Counted from the stretch's first letter, positions 8,892-18,230 are shown. The stretch is DNA of 64,000 nt from a virus (IMGVR_UViG_3300033405_000012:14142-78141); one strand, 5' to 3'. Notes: a model not told the origin generated them from the letters alone. Program-made: numbers and translations.

Positions 8892-9226
8892 GCGTCGTAC
8901 TGGCCGAGGGCCTGGAGTCGGGCGCGGGCGGCGGCGATCTCGCTGCCGGCATTGAGGATGCCGGTCTGATCGCCGTCGTACACCGCCTCGCAGTAGACCT
9001 CGTAGCCGAGAGCGTAGGACGCCCACGCGACGCGGGCCAGGTCCATTCGCGCCATGTCCAAGCCCATGTCGCCGATGACTGTCAACAGGCGGTCAATCTG
9101 TTCGTCACGAACCTTGCAGGCTTTGGTCGTCAGCCGGCTCAAGGCATCGAACCTGCGCGTCGCCCGGTGGTACAACAGCACGAGAACCAAAGCCACAATC
9201 AGCAGCACAAGCACAACAGGGTCCAT
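8888..9226 (-). CDS. membrane-anchored hypothetical protein
   Basis: Internal Met MDPVVLVLLIVALVLVLLY gives one N-terminal TM helix then a ~90-aa soluble domain. Overlaps the polymerase start by 4 nt. Confidence 0.5.
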   Translation of the reverse strand: MDPVVLVLLIVALVLVLLYHRATRRFDALSRLTTKACKVRDEQIDRLLTVIGDMGLDMARMDLARVAWASYALGYEVYCEAVYDGDQTGILNAGSEIAAARARLQALGQYDA

Positions 9227-9410
9227 AAAATTCCTCTCAGGGGTGTTTGCCTCCGGGCTCCCGGCATCGTCGCATGACTCCCTGCCAGCCACGACAGCGG
9301 ATACCGTTACAGGTCAGGCTTTACCTACCCTCGTCCCCAGCCATGCGGTTAGAGGTTCAGCGCCAAGTGGTCCGATGGGCGCACGCTAGGAGCCCGGATG
9401 GTTGGTTGGG

Positions 9411-9752
9411 TTAGAACACGGCATAATGCCAATCGTCGCCGCTAACTTCGGCCGTCAGAACGGGAGACGACCGGTAGACGCCATTGCGGAAGCGGAGCAC
9501 CATGAAAAGGTCCTTGCCGATCCAGCCTTCCACTTCGCCACCGGAGGGGCCCAGGCTCCCGACGAGCTGCCCTACGGTCGGTCGTCGCAACACGGGGTCC
9601 GTGGAACTGATTTCCACGAGACCGGCACCGGACAGCACAACCTTCATTTCGTAGACGTGTTGGCCGGTTTCCACCAGGATGCGCGTGCCCGTCTTGAGCC
9701 GCCGCACGTCGATGCCAGGTTCCGCTCGCAGTTTCTCTGCCAAAGTCGTCAT
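9411..9752 (-). CDS. hypothetical protein
   Basis: 113 aa, normal composition. Stop overlaps the start of the next gene. Confidence 0.5.
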   Translation of the reverse strand: MTTLAEKLRAEPGIDVRRLKTGTRILVETGQHVYEMKVVLSGAGLVEISSTDPVLRRPTVGQLVGSLGPSGGEVEGWIGKDLFMVLRFRNGVYRSSPVLTAEVSGDDWHYAVF

Positions 9753-10630
9753 CCCGCCTCTCCCTCTGCCACATCAACGATTCCGCCGTCCGTTAGAGTA
9801 GCCCTCGCAATGTCGCGCTCGATTTCCGCGTCGCTGACGTACCCCGCACACCAAGCCGCGATCCGCGGGGCCAGTCCCGTGATGCCGTGCCCCAGCATCT
9901 TGGCGACCATGCGATTGATTTCCTCTTTACTCTTGCGGTAGCCGAACTTCCGGCGATACTTGGGGCTGAGGTGCCGCAGGGACGCCTGGGTTCCGTGCGC
10001 CCGTTTGGCCTCCACAATCTTCCGCGCCGCCTCGATCTGCTCGGCCGGCGTCTTCAGGTCAGCCAGGACCGGAACATGGCAAGCCGCCAGCAGGCCCGTG
10101 GCGGCAAGCTGCTGCACCTCCTCCGGCAAAGCCAGCAGTCGCAAGCGGTCATGGACCCATCGAGTCGGCCGCCTGATCTCCTTGGCAGCGATCCGCAGGG
10201 GCACGCCCTTCGGGTAAAGCCGGCCGAGGGCCAGGGCCTCCTCCAGCATGTTCAGGTCTTTGCGCTCCAGGTTCTCGACGAAATTGAGCATCCGGGCGTC
10301 GCGGTCGCTCAGCCCTCTGCGAATCATGGCGGGGATGCGAGGCCATTTCAGGAAGGTCTCGACCGCCTTGAATCGACGGTGGCCGGCGACCAGGCGATAG
10401 TCGAAACCCGCAGGCTTCTCGCCTGCAATGTCGGCCACCGGCTGGACCACAACCGGAAAGTCCAGCCCTTTCAACTCGTCGCCGCCGCCACGCTGCCGGA
10501 TGCTTTCCGCCAGGTCCGACACCGATTCCAGCGTGAACGGGCCCCGACAATTGAAGCTGGCGTCGTAGTAGATGCCGGCCATTGGCACGGGGTACGTGTC
10601 GTATTGCTCCAGCCGCGCGTCATGGTTCAT
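9749..10630 (-). CDS. ParB-like nuclease domain (ParB/Srx N-terminal) protein
   Basis: DYRLVAGHRRFKAV carries the ParB GxRR motif. Start chosen at MNHDARLEQ; the ORF-track start at 10735 is Arg-rich. Confidence 0.65.
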   Translation of the reverse strand: MNHDARLEQYDTYPVPMAGIYYDASFNCRGPFTLESVSDLAESIRQRGGGDELKGLDFPVVVQPVADIAGEKPAGFDYRLVAGHRRFKAVETFLKWPRIPAMIRRGLSDRDARMLNFVENLERKDLNMLEEALALGRLYPKGVPLRIAAKEIRRPTRWVHDRLRLLALPEEVQQLAATGLLAACHVPVLADLKTPAEQIEAARKIVEAKRAHGTQASLRHLSPKYRRKFGYRKSKEEINRMVAKMLGHGITGLAPRIAAWCAGYVSDAEIERDIARATLTDGGIVDVAEGEAG

Positions 10631-11478
10631 TGCAGGAAAGCAAGGTAGGGAACGGCCTTGTCGCCGAGCCACTCCCAGACCGAAGCCTGGCCGTTGTCGC
10701 TGATGACGACGTAGGTGTCGTGTTGCCGAGCCCACGAGCCGCTGTTGAAGTGGTAGTCGCCGATGCGGCCGGGCTCATGCGTGTGGCCGTAGACCACCAC
10801 GTCGCACTGCTTCTCCTGGCGGTACTTCTCGACGCCGGCCACCATCTCGGCTTGGCGGCCATGCTGGAAGGTCAGCGTCCGCCAGAGGGTGAGAGCGCGT
10901 TCCAGCGTGCCGACAAACTCGTCCTCAACAGCATGGCCCCTGCGGGTCATTGGCCCCTTGTTCCGGTCTTCCAACATGCCGGAGATGATGGCCGTGATCT
11001 CGCCCGTGCCCGGGTTCAGGTCGCAGCAGTAGGGGTCTGCCTCATGGCCGTGGAGAAAGGCGAACTTTCGGCCGCCGATGGTCTCCTCGAACGGACGGCG
11101 CGACCGCCGGAACATCGGATGGTCGATCATCAGCGGCGTGCCAATCAGGGGCTCCAGGGCGTTGTCGTGGTTGCCGACGATCCATTCCGCCCCGAGCGCA
11201 TCGAGGCGATCCAAGAGCGGCCTGTAGGCGTTGAGGGTAGCACCCAGGTTGGCCTGCCACCAATCGAACAAATCCCCGATGACCAGCAGCCGGCCGTGGG
11301 ACTCTTCCACGAAGTCCAGGAAGCGGTAAAACCGCTCTTCGCGGCCGTTGTAGGCGAAATTGTCCCGGTAGCCACGCTCGCAAGCGTGCAGGTCGCTTAC
11401 GCAGAAGGTAGGCACGGGGTCTTCTCCAAGGGTGTTGTGGGGAGTAGCGCTACCGGCACTTGGCCCGCAATTCGGCAA
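10627..11478 (-). CDS. calcineurin-like metallophosphoesterase
   Basis: VSDLHA, VIGDLFDWW, VGNHDN, FLHGHEAD, VVVYGHTHEPG. Full motif set of a binuclear metallophosphatase. Confidence 0.8.
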   Translation of the reverse strand: MPNCGPSAGSATPHNTLGEDPVPTFCVSDLHACERGYRDNFAYNGREERFYRFLDFVEESHGRLLVIGDLFDWWQANLGATLNAYRPLLDRLDALGAEWIVGNHDNALEPLIGTPLMIDHPMFRRSRRPFEETIGGRKFAFLHGHEADPYCCDLNPGTGEITAIISGMLEDRNKGPMTRRGHAVEDEFVGTLERALTLWRTLTFQHGRQAEMVAGVEKYRQEKQCDVVVYGHTHEPGRIGDYHFNSGSWARQHDTYVVISDNGQASVWEWLGDKAVPYLAFLQ

Positions 11479-11716
11479 TCACTTCATCGAGCCGCCGGTA
11501 CTCGCCGCGTTCTATGGCAGCGATAGACCGGCGCTCCATTTCGGCGTCATACTTCACCACCACGTCGTCCACGGCATAGCAGCGGCCGAGCCACTGTCGC
11601 CAGACGCAGAAATGAAGCTCATGCCCGGCATCCCAGTAGCGGGTGCGATAGCTGAGCGGAAGAAGCTGCTTGAGCAGGTACAGGATGCGCTGCACGGATT
11701 TCAGGAGGCACCGCAT
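11450..11716 (-). CDS. hypothetical protein
   Basis: 88-aa ORF, co-oriented. Confidence 0.4.
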   Translation of the reverse strand: MRCLLKSVQRILYLLKQLLPLSYRTRYWDAGHELHFCVWRQWLGRCYAVDDVVVKYDAEMERRSIAAIERGEYRRLDEVIAELRAKCR

Positions 11717-12054
11717 GGCGAGTCGATCTCCAGCTTGTTGAAGGCGATGGTCCGCATGTCGGCCAGGTGCCGCTCGACGGCCTCCAACTGCCCGATGCTC
11801 TGCTTGCTCTGCGTCGGCCGCAACCCGCAGTTCCAGAGCATGTCCATGAGTTCCTGGGCCTCCGGGCCGAGAAGCCGAAAGGTCGGCTGCATCAAGGCAC
11901 CTTCAGGGACCTCAGAGAACAGCAGCGAAGTGGCGACCCGGTTGGGCTTGCCGCTGACCCGATGAACTAGCATGAACTCCACCTTGTCGCTCCACGGGTC
12001 TTGCCGCGCGATCGCGCGCAGGAAGTCGTAATACTCCGGCAACTCACGCATCAC
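11701..12054 (-). CDS. hypothetical protein
   Basis: 117-aa ORF with normal composition. Confidence 0.45.
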   Translation of the reverse strand: MMRELPEYYDFLRAIARQDPWSDKVEFMLVHRVSGKPNRVATSLLFSEVPEGALMQPTFRLLGPEAQELMDMLWNCGLRPTQSKQSIGQLEAVERHLADMRTIAFNKLEIDSPCGAS

Positions 12055-12262
12055 CGTCTCCGATGCAGTAGTAGTCCACGAGCAGGTCCATGACCTGATA
12101 CAGGGAAAGGCCGTGGGCGTAGATCAACGTGTCGCCGTAACGCAAGAGCAATCCGTACCGGACGACCTCGCCACTTTGCAGCCGCACGTCCCAAAAGCGC
12201 CGGTCGCTGTTGACGACCCGTTCCTGCGCGTCACATAATCCACCCAAGAAGATCGCTCTCAT
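12044..12262 (-). CDS. hypothetical small protein
   Basis: Internal Met MRAIFLGGLCDAQERVV... (~72 aa) within ORF 12044..12475. The upstream part of that ORF is low-complexity. Confidence 0.4.
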   Translation of the reverse strand: MRAIFLGGLCDAQERVVNSDRRFWDVRLQSGEVVRYGLLLRYGDTLIYAHGLSLYQVMDLLVDYYCIGDGDA

Positions 12263-12269
12263 GCGCGTC

Positions 12270-12554
12270 TCACCAAGGACGGTACGGGTAAGGATACGGG
12301 CGGGGATACGGCCAGTAGCCGTGGGGCCACTCGCCCCACGTTTCCAAGACGTGAAGATGATCCGAACCGTTCCGATAGTAGCTGTCCCGATAGCCCCACT
12401 GATGATAGGTGTCGCTGTCCGGGACATAAGCCGGCTCCGGCTGGGCGTACTGGTAGACGCGCCGCCCGCTGGCATCGTGGGTGTAGTAACTCGGCCGGAA
12501 CATCCAGTCGCTACCGTAGGCCGGCACGCAAACCAGCATCAGAAACATCTTCAT
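12270..12554 (-). CDS. secreted small Tyr/Pro/Trp-rich protein
   Basis: Signal-peptide-like MKMFLMLVCVPAYG, then an aromatic-rich mature region ending PYPRPYPYPYRPW. Confidence 0.5.
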   Translation of the reverse strand: MKMFLMLVCVPAYGSDWMFRPSYYTHDASGRRVYQYAQPEPAYVPDSDTYHQWGYRDSYYRNGSDHLHVLETWGEWPHGYWPYPRPYPYPYRPW

Positions 12555-12772
12555 GGCGTGCCATCCAGGAGATCCGTGAGCCGATCAATCAGGCCGTTTG
12601 GATCAAAGTGCAGCTCGTCGCCCGTATTGAGCGTGATGGTTCCGGGTGGAAACGTCACCCGGCAGGTCCCATCCGCGCTTCGCTCGATCGTCTTCTTCGT
12701 GACTTCGATCTGGCGGATACACTCTCCATCCCGCCAGTGTTCGACGGTGAAACGTCCGATTCGTTTGGGCAT
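12551..12772 (-). CDS. hypothetical protein
   Basis: 73 aa. Contains a GRFTVEHWRDGE motif that also occurs in the tail-region ORF 44243..44860. Confidence 0.45.
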   Translation of the reverse strand: MPKRIGRFTVEHWRDGECIRQIEVTKKTIERSADGTCRVTFPPGTITLNTGDELHFDPNGLIDRLTDLLDGTP

Positions 12773-12814
12773 GTTCGGCCTCCCGCAGCGGTCGGCACGG
12801 TGCCGGCCAGCCTA

Positions 12815-12985
12815 GAGTTCCGGTTTGGTGCCAGTCCGGCGTGCGACCGCCAACCCCTGGGCGACGGCACGCTTCCTGGCGGTTTCCATGCTGGCTCTGT
12901 TGCCGGGCGTGTAGGCGTATTTCGCGCCATGCGTGCCCCACTGGTAGGCAGGCTTCCCGTTCTTCGTCGTGCGGTGTACCGGCAT
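12815..12985 (-). CDS. small basic protein (hand-called, below ORF-track size cut-off)
   Basis: Minus-strand ORF MPVHRTTKNGKPAYQWGTHGAKYAYTPGNRASMETARKRAVAQGLAVARRTGTKPEL. Coordinates approximate. Confidence 0.3.
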
Positions 12986-12991
12986 GGCGGC

Positions 12992-13285
12992 TCAGATAAA
13001 GAGGTGAATGAGGTAGCCGACCGCCAGCGCCGCAAACCCGTGGCCGAAGATCGCCAAGTAGCCGATCTTCTCTTTCGCAGTCGGCAAGAAGTAATTGAGC
13101 ACCAGCGCCACACCGAGGGCCTGGGCGATCGACAGGTTGGGCAAGTTGAACACCGGGACGATCAGCCAGGCCCAAAGGACCGACAGGCAGAAGCCGCGGA
13201 CCAACAGGGCCACCAGGAATATCACGATCCCGCCGGTCAACAGGGCCAGGATCGCCAGAACGAGGTTGCGGGGATGCGTTCTCAT
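12992..13285 (-). CDS. small polytopic membrane protein (3 TM)
   Basis: 97 aa, hydrophobic throughout (LVLAILALLTGGIVIFLVALLV...). Confidence 0.55.
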   Translation of the reverse strand: MRTHPRNLVLAILALLTGGIVIFLVALLVRGFCLSVLWAWLIVPVFNLPNLSIAQALGVALVLNYFLPTAKEKIGYLAIFGHGFAALAVGYLIHLFI

Positions 13286-13297
13286 AGGTCTCTCGGG

Positions 13298-14614
13298 TTA
13301 GGTGCGGAGCGGACCGACATCTCGGCCGCCGTCGATCAGGTAACGTCGCGGGCCTTGCTTTTCCCGCTCATGGCGCAACTTGACGTTCATCCGCCAAGTG
13401 ATGCCGTGCTTGGGGTTGACGCCGTGAATCCACTGGGCGGGCTCACGGTAGCCGGACAACGAGTTGTAGGCGAAGGCGTCGGTGCCGACCCACGAGCCGT
13501 TGACCAGCAGTTCACCGTCCACGTCGGACAGGACGCTGGCCGCATGGTGGTGGCCGACGCAGAAGTAGCGACAGCGCTGCGCGCCGGCCGCGGCCCCCAG
13601 GGCGATCAAGCCCTTCTGCCGGCGGACCATGCCGTACCAAGGAATGCCGCCATTGGAGCGCACGTCGTCGCCGTGACTGACGTTGAAGCCAACACCGTTG
13701 ATGTTGACGTTGGCGCTCCACGCATCGGGGATGGTGAAGTGGACGTTGCCCAGCTCGCGGCAGTGCAGCCGGGCGACCTCGGCCACCAGGTAATCCCAGT
13801 TGTCATTCGCGCCGAGGTAATCCTTCTTCGGCGTCCGCCGGCCGTGGTTGCCCGCCAGGTACAGGACGTGGACCTGCTCGAAATGGGCGGCCAGGTCACG
13901 GTACATCAGGGCGTGCAGTTGCCCGATGGCCAGGCAATTCTTGAACTGGTTGCGGTAGTAGGACCGCTCGCAGGCTTTGTGGATTTCGCCGCTGGTGTAG
14001 TCGCCGTAGGCCAGCACCCACAGCACGGGGAAATGGAACTTCGGTGCCAGGGTGTCCTGGGTCCACTCGACCACGCTGTCCACGTAGCGCTCCGCGCGGG
14101 CGCACGAGACCGGGAAGCTGTAGTCTTCCAGGCCGCCGACTTCCTCGGGCCGCACGACCTGATCGTGGTGGCCGTCGCTCAGGTGCATCACACAATGCTC
14201 GACGATCTCGGCCTTGCGGCGGAAGTCCAGGGCCGGCGGAAGAGCCACAAACGGCTTCACCCGCTGATCCATTTCCGCCACGACAGCCTTGAACAGCCCG
14301 GCGCTCTTGGCGCTGGCCTTGACCTTGGCCCGCTCACGGTTTCGCTCTTCCGTGAGGTGGACGACCTCCGCTTCCAGTTCGAGCACCTTCTTGTCGGTCG
14401 GGTCGTAATCCGGGATGCTCTTGTGCTGACCGCCAGCCGGCCTCGGCTGCGGTGGCTCACCGCCCGGCCACGGCACGTCCTTATGCACGCGGCCCGTGGC
14501 GATGTCCGAGACGAGGGAGCGACTGACGCCGAACTTCCTGGCAATCTCGGGCTGCTTCGCGCCATCGGCGATGGCCGCCTTGATCTTCTCAACCTTCTTT
14601 CGGGACAAACGCAT
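13298..14614 (-). CDS. N-terminal HTH domain fused to calcineurin-like metallophosphoesterase (SbcD/Mre11-like nuclease candidate)
   Basis: HTH: EIARKFGVSRSLVSDIATGR. Coiled region follows. MPE motifs HLSDGHHD, AYGDYTSGEIH, LAGNHG, VSHGDD, CVGHHH. Confidence 0.7.
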   Translation of the reverse strand: MRLSRKKVEKIKAAIADGAKQPEIARKFGVSRSLVSDIATGRVHKDVPWPGGEPPQPRPAGGQHKSIPDYDPTDKKVLELEAEVVHLTEERNRERAKVKASAKSAGLFKAVVAEMDQRVKPFVALPPALDFRRKAEIVEHCVMHLSDGHHDQVVRPEEVGGLEDYSFPVSCARAERYVDSVVEWTQDTLAPKFHFPVLWVLAYGDYTSGEIHKACERSYYRNQFKNCLAIGQLHALMYRDLAAHFEQVHVLYLAGNHGRRTPKKDYLGANDNWDYLVAEVARLHCRELGNVHFTIPDAWSANVNINGVGFNVSHGDDVRSNGGIPWYGMVRRQKGLIALGAAAGAQRCRYFCVGHHHAASVLSDVDGELLVNGSWVGTDAFAYNSLSGYREPAQWIHGVNPKHGITWRMNVKLRHEREKQGPRRYLIDGGRDVGPLRT

Positions 14615-14644
14615 GGTTACTCCGTCTCGCCTCGCCGCTAAAGG

Positions 14645-14690
14645 TGCTCAAGAGGAAGATGCCGGGCGGCCAGGCTGCCAGCCGCCCGGC
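14645..14690 (-). terminator. putative intrinsic terminator downstream of the protease gene
   Basis: 10-bp perfect GC stem GCCGGGCGGC...GCCGCCCGGC, followed on the minus strand by AUCUUCCUCUUG. Confidence 0.4.
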
Positions 14691-14715
14691 GCTGAACAAT
14701 CGCCGCAGATGCCGG

Positions 14716-15654
14716 CTACTTTGCCACGCCGGTGAAGAGCCCCTCGACCCAGGTGCGCACGGCGCTGAAATCGAAGCCGTGCTGGCACGGTTGCAACAGG
14801 TCGGGCTCGCCGCCGCTGCCGGCGACCGAGGCGGCGTCCTCCACGGGGATCGCTTCGATCTCTTTGAGCGTGGGCATTTCCACACTGGGGTCGATGGCCC
14901 ACTCGATCTTGCTGGCCTTCGCCCAGGCATGGATGCGCCGCACCGGGACGATGAAGTTGAAGCCTTGCAGTTTCATCACGCCCTGCGTGAGCATCCCGAT
15001 GTAGACGCCATCGGCCTTGAGATACATGCCGCCGCCGGAACTGCCGGGAAACGCCACCGCCGTCACCTGGTCAAAGACCTTGACGTTGGCACCCTTCATC
15101 GGAAGCGTGCGGCCGGTCTGGCTCAGCACGCCGGTCGTGTAGCTGTTGGCTCCGAACTGCCCGAGCAAGCTGCCGCAATGCGCCAGTTCGATCCCGATGG
15201 CCGGGATGTAGTCGGCTTCCAGATGGAACCTCGTGGAGACCGTCAGCGGGTAGGCGTTCTTGCAGCGGACCATCAAGAGGGCCAAATCCTCGCCGTAATC
15301 GGCATCCGACACCTTGACAACCTTGGCGTCGAACTTCACTTCGCCCACCCGCCGCCCGCCTTGCTGCCGTTCCTGGACGATCTCGGCGTCCTTGTACTCG
15401 ATCAACGTCTTCTTGGCACCGCTGGCTGTCACGACCGTGCGCGTCGTGCGGAGATTGTCAACGACGTGGGCCGCCGTCCACACGAAGGTCAGGGTGTCGT
15501 CCCCGACCTTCCGGGTCACGAGGTTGCCGGAGCCCTGCGCTTCGCCGGACTTGATTGTCACGCTGATCTGCTGCAAATCGTCGGGAACGCCCGCCAGGGC
15601 CGTGCCGCCAGCCAATGCGGCCACGAGAACCAACACCATCGCCAGGAACTTCAT
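14716..15654 (-). CDS. secreted trypsin-like (S1 family) serine protease
   Basis: Signal peptide MKFLAMVLVLVAALAGGTALA. Catalytic context TAAHV (His), DLALL (Asp), GSSGGG (Ser). Confidence 0.75.
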   Translation of the reverse strand: MKFLAMVLVLVAALAGGTALAGVPDDLQQISVTIKSGEAQGSGNLVTRKVGDDTLTFVWTAAHVVDNLRTTRTVVTASGAKKTLIEYKDAEIVQERQQGGRRVGEVKFDAKVVKVSDADYGEDLALLMVRCKNAYPLTVSTRFHLEADYIPAIGIELAHCGSLLGQFGANSYTTGVLSQTGRTLPMKGANVKVFDQVTAVAFPGSSGGGMYLKADGVYIGMLTQGVMKLQGFNFIVPVRRIHAWAKASKIEWAIDPSVEMPTLKEIEAIPVEDAASVAGSGGEPDLLQPCQHGFDFSAVRTWVEGLFTGVAK

Positions 15655-15702
15655 TGCTGCAACTCCGAAGGGGTGAAAGAAGAGAAATCGCACAACGGGC
15701 AC

Positions 15703-16098
15703 TCAGATGTCGAGCAAGGTGTCCTCCGTGTCAGCGTCGTCCATGATCTCAACCGCGATCTGGCTCTCGAATTCTGGTTTCAAGCGCACGACGAGTCGTT
15801 CATGCAGCCGCGCGGCGAATGAATCACGGCCGCCGCGCCACCAGTTCACCAACACCACCACCGTTACGGCCAAGCCGGCCTTGTTGGGCGCAGTGCCGAT
15901 GAAATCCACGTCCCAGAGCGCACCGTCACGAGCGACGGCCTCGCGGACCGCGGCACAAAGGCATTTGCCCCAGCTACGACCATAATCGCGCGTGTCCCAG
16001 CGACCGGCGTACACCGAGATGCGGTATTGAATGCAATTCACGACACGGCCTCCACGATTTGGAGAGTTCCGTCCACTCCGTCGCAACTGGTTTCCCAC
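15703..16098 (-). CDS. hypothetical protein
   Basis: 131-aa ORF. Its 5' end overlaps the SNF2 stop; true start is probably an internal GTG. Confidence 0.4.
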   Translation of the reverse strand: MGNQLRRSGRNSPNRGGRVVNCIQYRISVYAGRWDTRDYGRSWGKCLCAAVREAVARDGALWDVDFIGTAPNKAGLAVTVVVLVNWWRGGRDSFAARLHERLVVRLKPEFESQIAVEIMDDADTEDTLLDI

Positions 16099-18014
16099 TG
16101 GACGCCGGCCATCAACTCGCCCATCGTCATCAGCTCCAACTTCCGGTTCTCACGAATTACGTCCAGGACGCGCTCGTCGCTGGGAAGATGGATCAAGTCA
16201 ACGATCAGGCAGCCCTTGTTTAGGTCCATGCCGATCCGGTGGATGCGGTCTTCCGACTGGATGCGGTATTCCGGCTTCCACGAATTGGACCAGTAGACCG
16301 CCGTGCGGGCCTCCACGAGCGTCAGGCTCATGCCGCCCGACTCCGGGTTGGCGACGAAGGCCACTCGCGGTACGTCCATGTTCGCCCAGTAATCAAGCGG
16401 CTCCTCCTTGACCTCGGCCCCGTCGTGCGTGCGCACCTGGAACGCGCCTTGGTCGCAGCGCACAACGTTCCATTTCTCCTTGAGGCAGAGGCTTACCACG
16501 CGATCCACGGAGCCCGTGAAGCCGGCAAACACGACCAGGCGGCCGGTCTCCTCGTTCTCGTCCAAGAGCATCCGCAGGGCGGTCTCCTTGGGGCAGGGAA
16601 TCTCGCGGGCCACGCGGACCAGCTTGGGAACTTGCTGCGTGCCGCCGCAGGCCGGACACCTCGCCGTCTGCTCGACCAGCCGCGCAACGACCTCGGGCGG
16701 CAACATGCCGATGTCACGGTAGACCCGCCCCGTGTCCTCCAGGTCCGTCCATTCGCTCACGCGGCCGTCCGTGCAATGACGGCACCCGGTCATGCCGTCT
16801 TCCACCTCGCGGTACTGGAAGCCGTCGCTCAACTCGCGGAGCAGCGTCATGCCGCTGACAGCAGTCGGGGCCGCCGCGACGATAGCTTCGGCCGCACGGA
16901 GCAGGCTGGCGGTCGGCTTGCAGATGATCTTGCGATAGCGCTTGTCCGGCAGGTTCAAGCAGTCCTTCTTGTGCTTGATCGTCACCAGGCCCTTGAGCCG
17001 CTTGTTCAGATAGGCAACCTCGTTCTTGCTCGGCACGAACTCGTGGAAGTCCGCCGCGTCCGTGTCACCGTCCAACTCGTGCGGGCCGGCCTCGCGGAAT
17101 TCGCCGCAGACCGCACACTTCCGTTCGTCGTCCTTCCAACCGATCCGCTTCTTGAAGCTGCCCTCGTCGAACTGCTGGAGCACCATGAAGGCCATCCGCT
17201 CTTCCATCGCCTTCATGCTTCCTTCACGCAGGAACCCCGGCCACGCGATCTCGCACTGGCTCCACCAATCGACCGGGCTCTTCGGCGACGGGGTGCCGGA
17301 CATCTCGATGACGTAGCCGCGTTCCAGGCCGAATTGCTCGCGGATCAAGTCCGCAAGGCGCTGGCAGGCTTGCGAGCGCTGCGAACCGGAGTTCTTGCAG
17401 CGGCTCGATTCGTCACAAATGAGTCCCTGGGGAATCGGCTGACCAGGCTTCCACTGGTCCGCCCACGTTTTGAGGCCCTCGTAGGTGAAGAACTCGACGT
17501 TGAACTTCTCGAACGGGAAGGACCACTTGCGAAACTCCCGCTTGATGTTCGGCAGGGAAGTCTTGGGCCCGACCCAGAACCACCAGTCCACGCCTGCCCG
17601 CTCAATCACCTCTTGGGCCGCGAGGGTCTTCCCCGTGCCCATTTCGGCCGCGAAGATGTGGTAGTGGTAGGTCAAGCCGCCATCGGCCAAGTCCTTCTGA
17701 TGCTCCTTCAACGGCCGGCCGTACTCGTGACGCACGAGCGGCCGGTCGAACCAGGCATACGCCTTCTCCCCCATGAGGAAGGAAAGCTGGAAGCGGTTGC
17801 GTTGGCAGTCCTCCACCGACCAAATCTTCCGCGGGTTCTCCTCCTCGTACCCGTGCCAACGCGCGCCGCGCATCGCCCTGATCTCATCCTTGAGGCTGTA
17901 AGGGCTCTTGAGGAACCAGATGCGGCCGTCCCTGTACTCCAGGGTCGCGGAGAGGAGGATCGGGGTGCCGGCGCTAGTCGTCGTGCGCAGCTTAGTCTGA
18001 ACGACCGGCATCAA
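16038..18014 (-). CDS. SNF2-family (SF2) helicase with CxxC zinc-ribbon insertions
   Basis: Walker A AAEMGTGKT; motif II LICDESS; motif VI QSEDRIHRIGM. CAVCGEF, CRHCTDG, CPACGG. Confidence 0.9.
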   Translation of the reverse strand: MMPVVQTKLRTTTSAGTPILLSATLEYRDGRIWFLKSPYSLKDEIRAMRGARWHGYEEENPRKIWSVEDCQRNRFQLSFLMGEKAYAWFDRPLVRHEYGRPLKEHQKDLADGGLTYHYHIFAAEMGTGKTLAAQEVIERAGVDWWFWVGPKTSLPNIKREFRKWSFPFEKFNVEFFTYEGLKTWADQWKPGQPIPQGLICDESSRCKNSGSQRSQACQRLADLIREQFGLERGYVIEMSGTPSPKSPVDWWSQCEIAWPGFLREGSMKAMEERMAFMVLQQFDEGSFKKRIGWKDDERKCAVCGEFREAGPHELDGDTDAADFHEFVPSKNEVAYLNKRLKGLVTIKHKKDCLNLPDKRYRKIICKPTASLLRAAEAIVAAAPTAVSGMTLLRELSDGFQYREVEDGMTGCRHCTDGRVSEWTDLEDTGRVYRDIGMLPPEVVARLVEQTARCPACGGTQQVPKLVRVAREIPCPKETALRMLLDENEETGRLVVFAGFTGSVDRVVSLCLKEKWNVVRCDQGAFQVRTHDGAEVKEEPLDYWANMDVPRVAFVANPESGGMSLTLVEARTAVYWSNSWKPEYRIQSEDRIHRIGMDLNKGCLIVDLIHLPSDERVLDVIRENRKLELMTMGELMAGVQWETSCDGVDGTLQIVEAVS

Positions 18015-18205
18015 AGGGCCCCCTCTTCAATCAGGGCGGCAACCTGACGCAACGTGGCGGCCTCCTGGACCGCTGCCTTGGCAGCCGGAACCTGCCTGGG
18101 CACGGACGCCAGGCGGCCGGCCTCGCCAAAGGTGGCCGCGGCCCGCCGCCGCAAGGCGGTCACCAGCCGCTTTCGCTCGTTTACACGCACTTCGTTCTCG
18201 CTCAT
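18011..18205 (-). CDS. small Arg-rich hypothetical protein
   Basis: 64-aa ORF that overlaps the SNF2 start by 4 nt. Confidence 0.35.
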   Translation of the reverse strand: MSENEVRVNERKRLVTALRRRAAATFGEAGRLASVPRQVPAAKAAVQEAATLRQVAALIEEGAL

Positions 18206-18230
18206 GGCGGTTCAGACCGGGGAAATGTCG

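Noticed and set aside
6573-8969. 798-aa plus-strand ORF
   Set aside because: Antisense to the family-A DNA polymerase. Gly/Ala/Arg/Leu/His-rich low-complexity translation typical of high-GC shadow frames. No motifs.
12608-14641. 677-aa plus-strand ORF
   Set aside because: Antisense to the HTH-metallophosphoesterase and small-gene run. Arg/Gly/Asp/Val-rich, no motifs. The minus-strand genes have clear catalytic motifs.
16239-18047. 602-aa plus-strand ORF
   Set aside because: Antisense to the SNF2 helicase, whose Walker A, DExx and motif VI are unambiguous.
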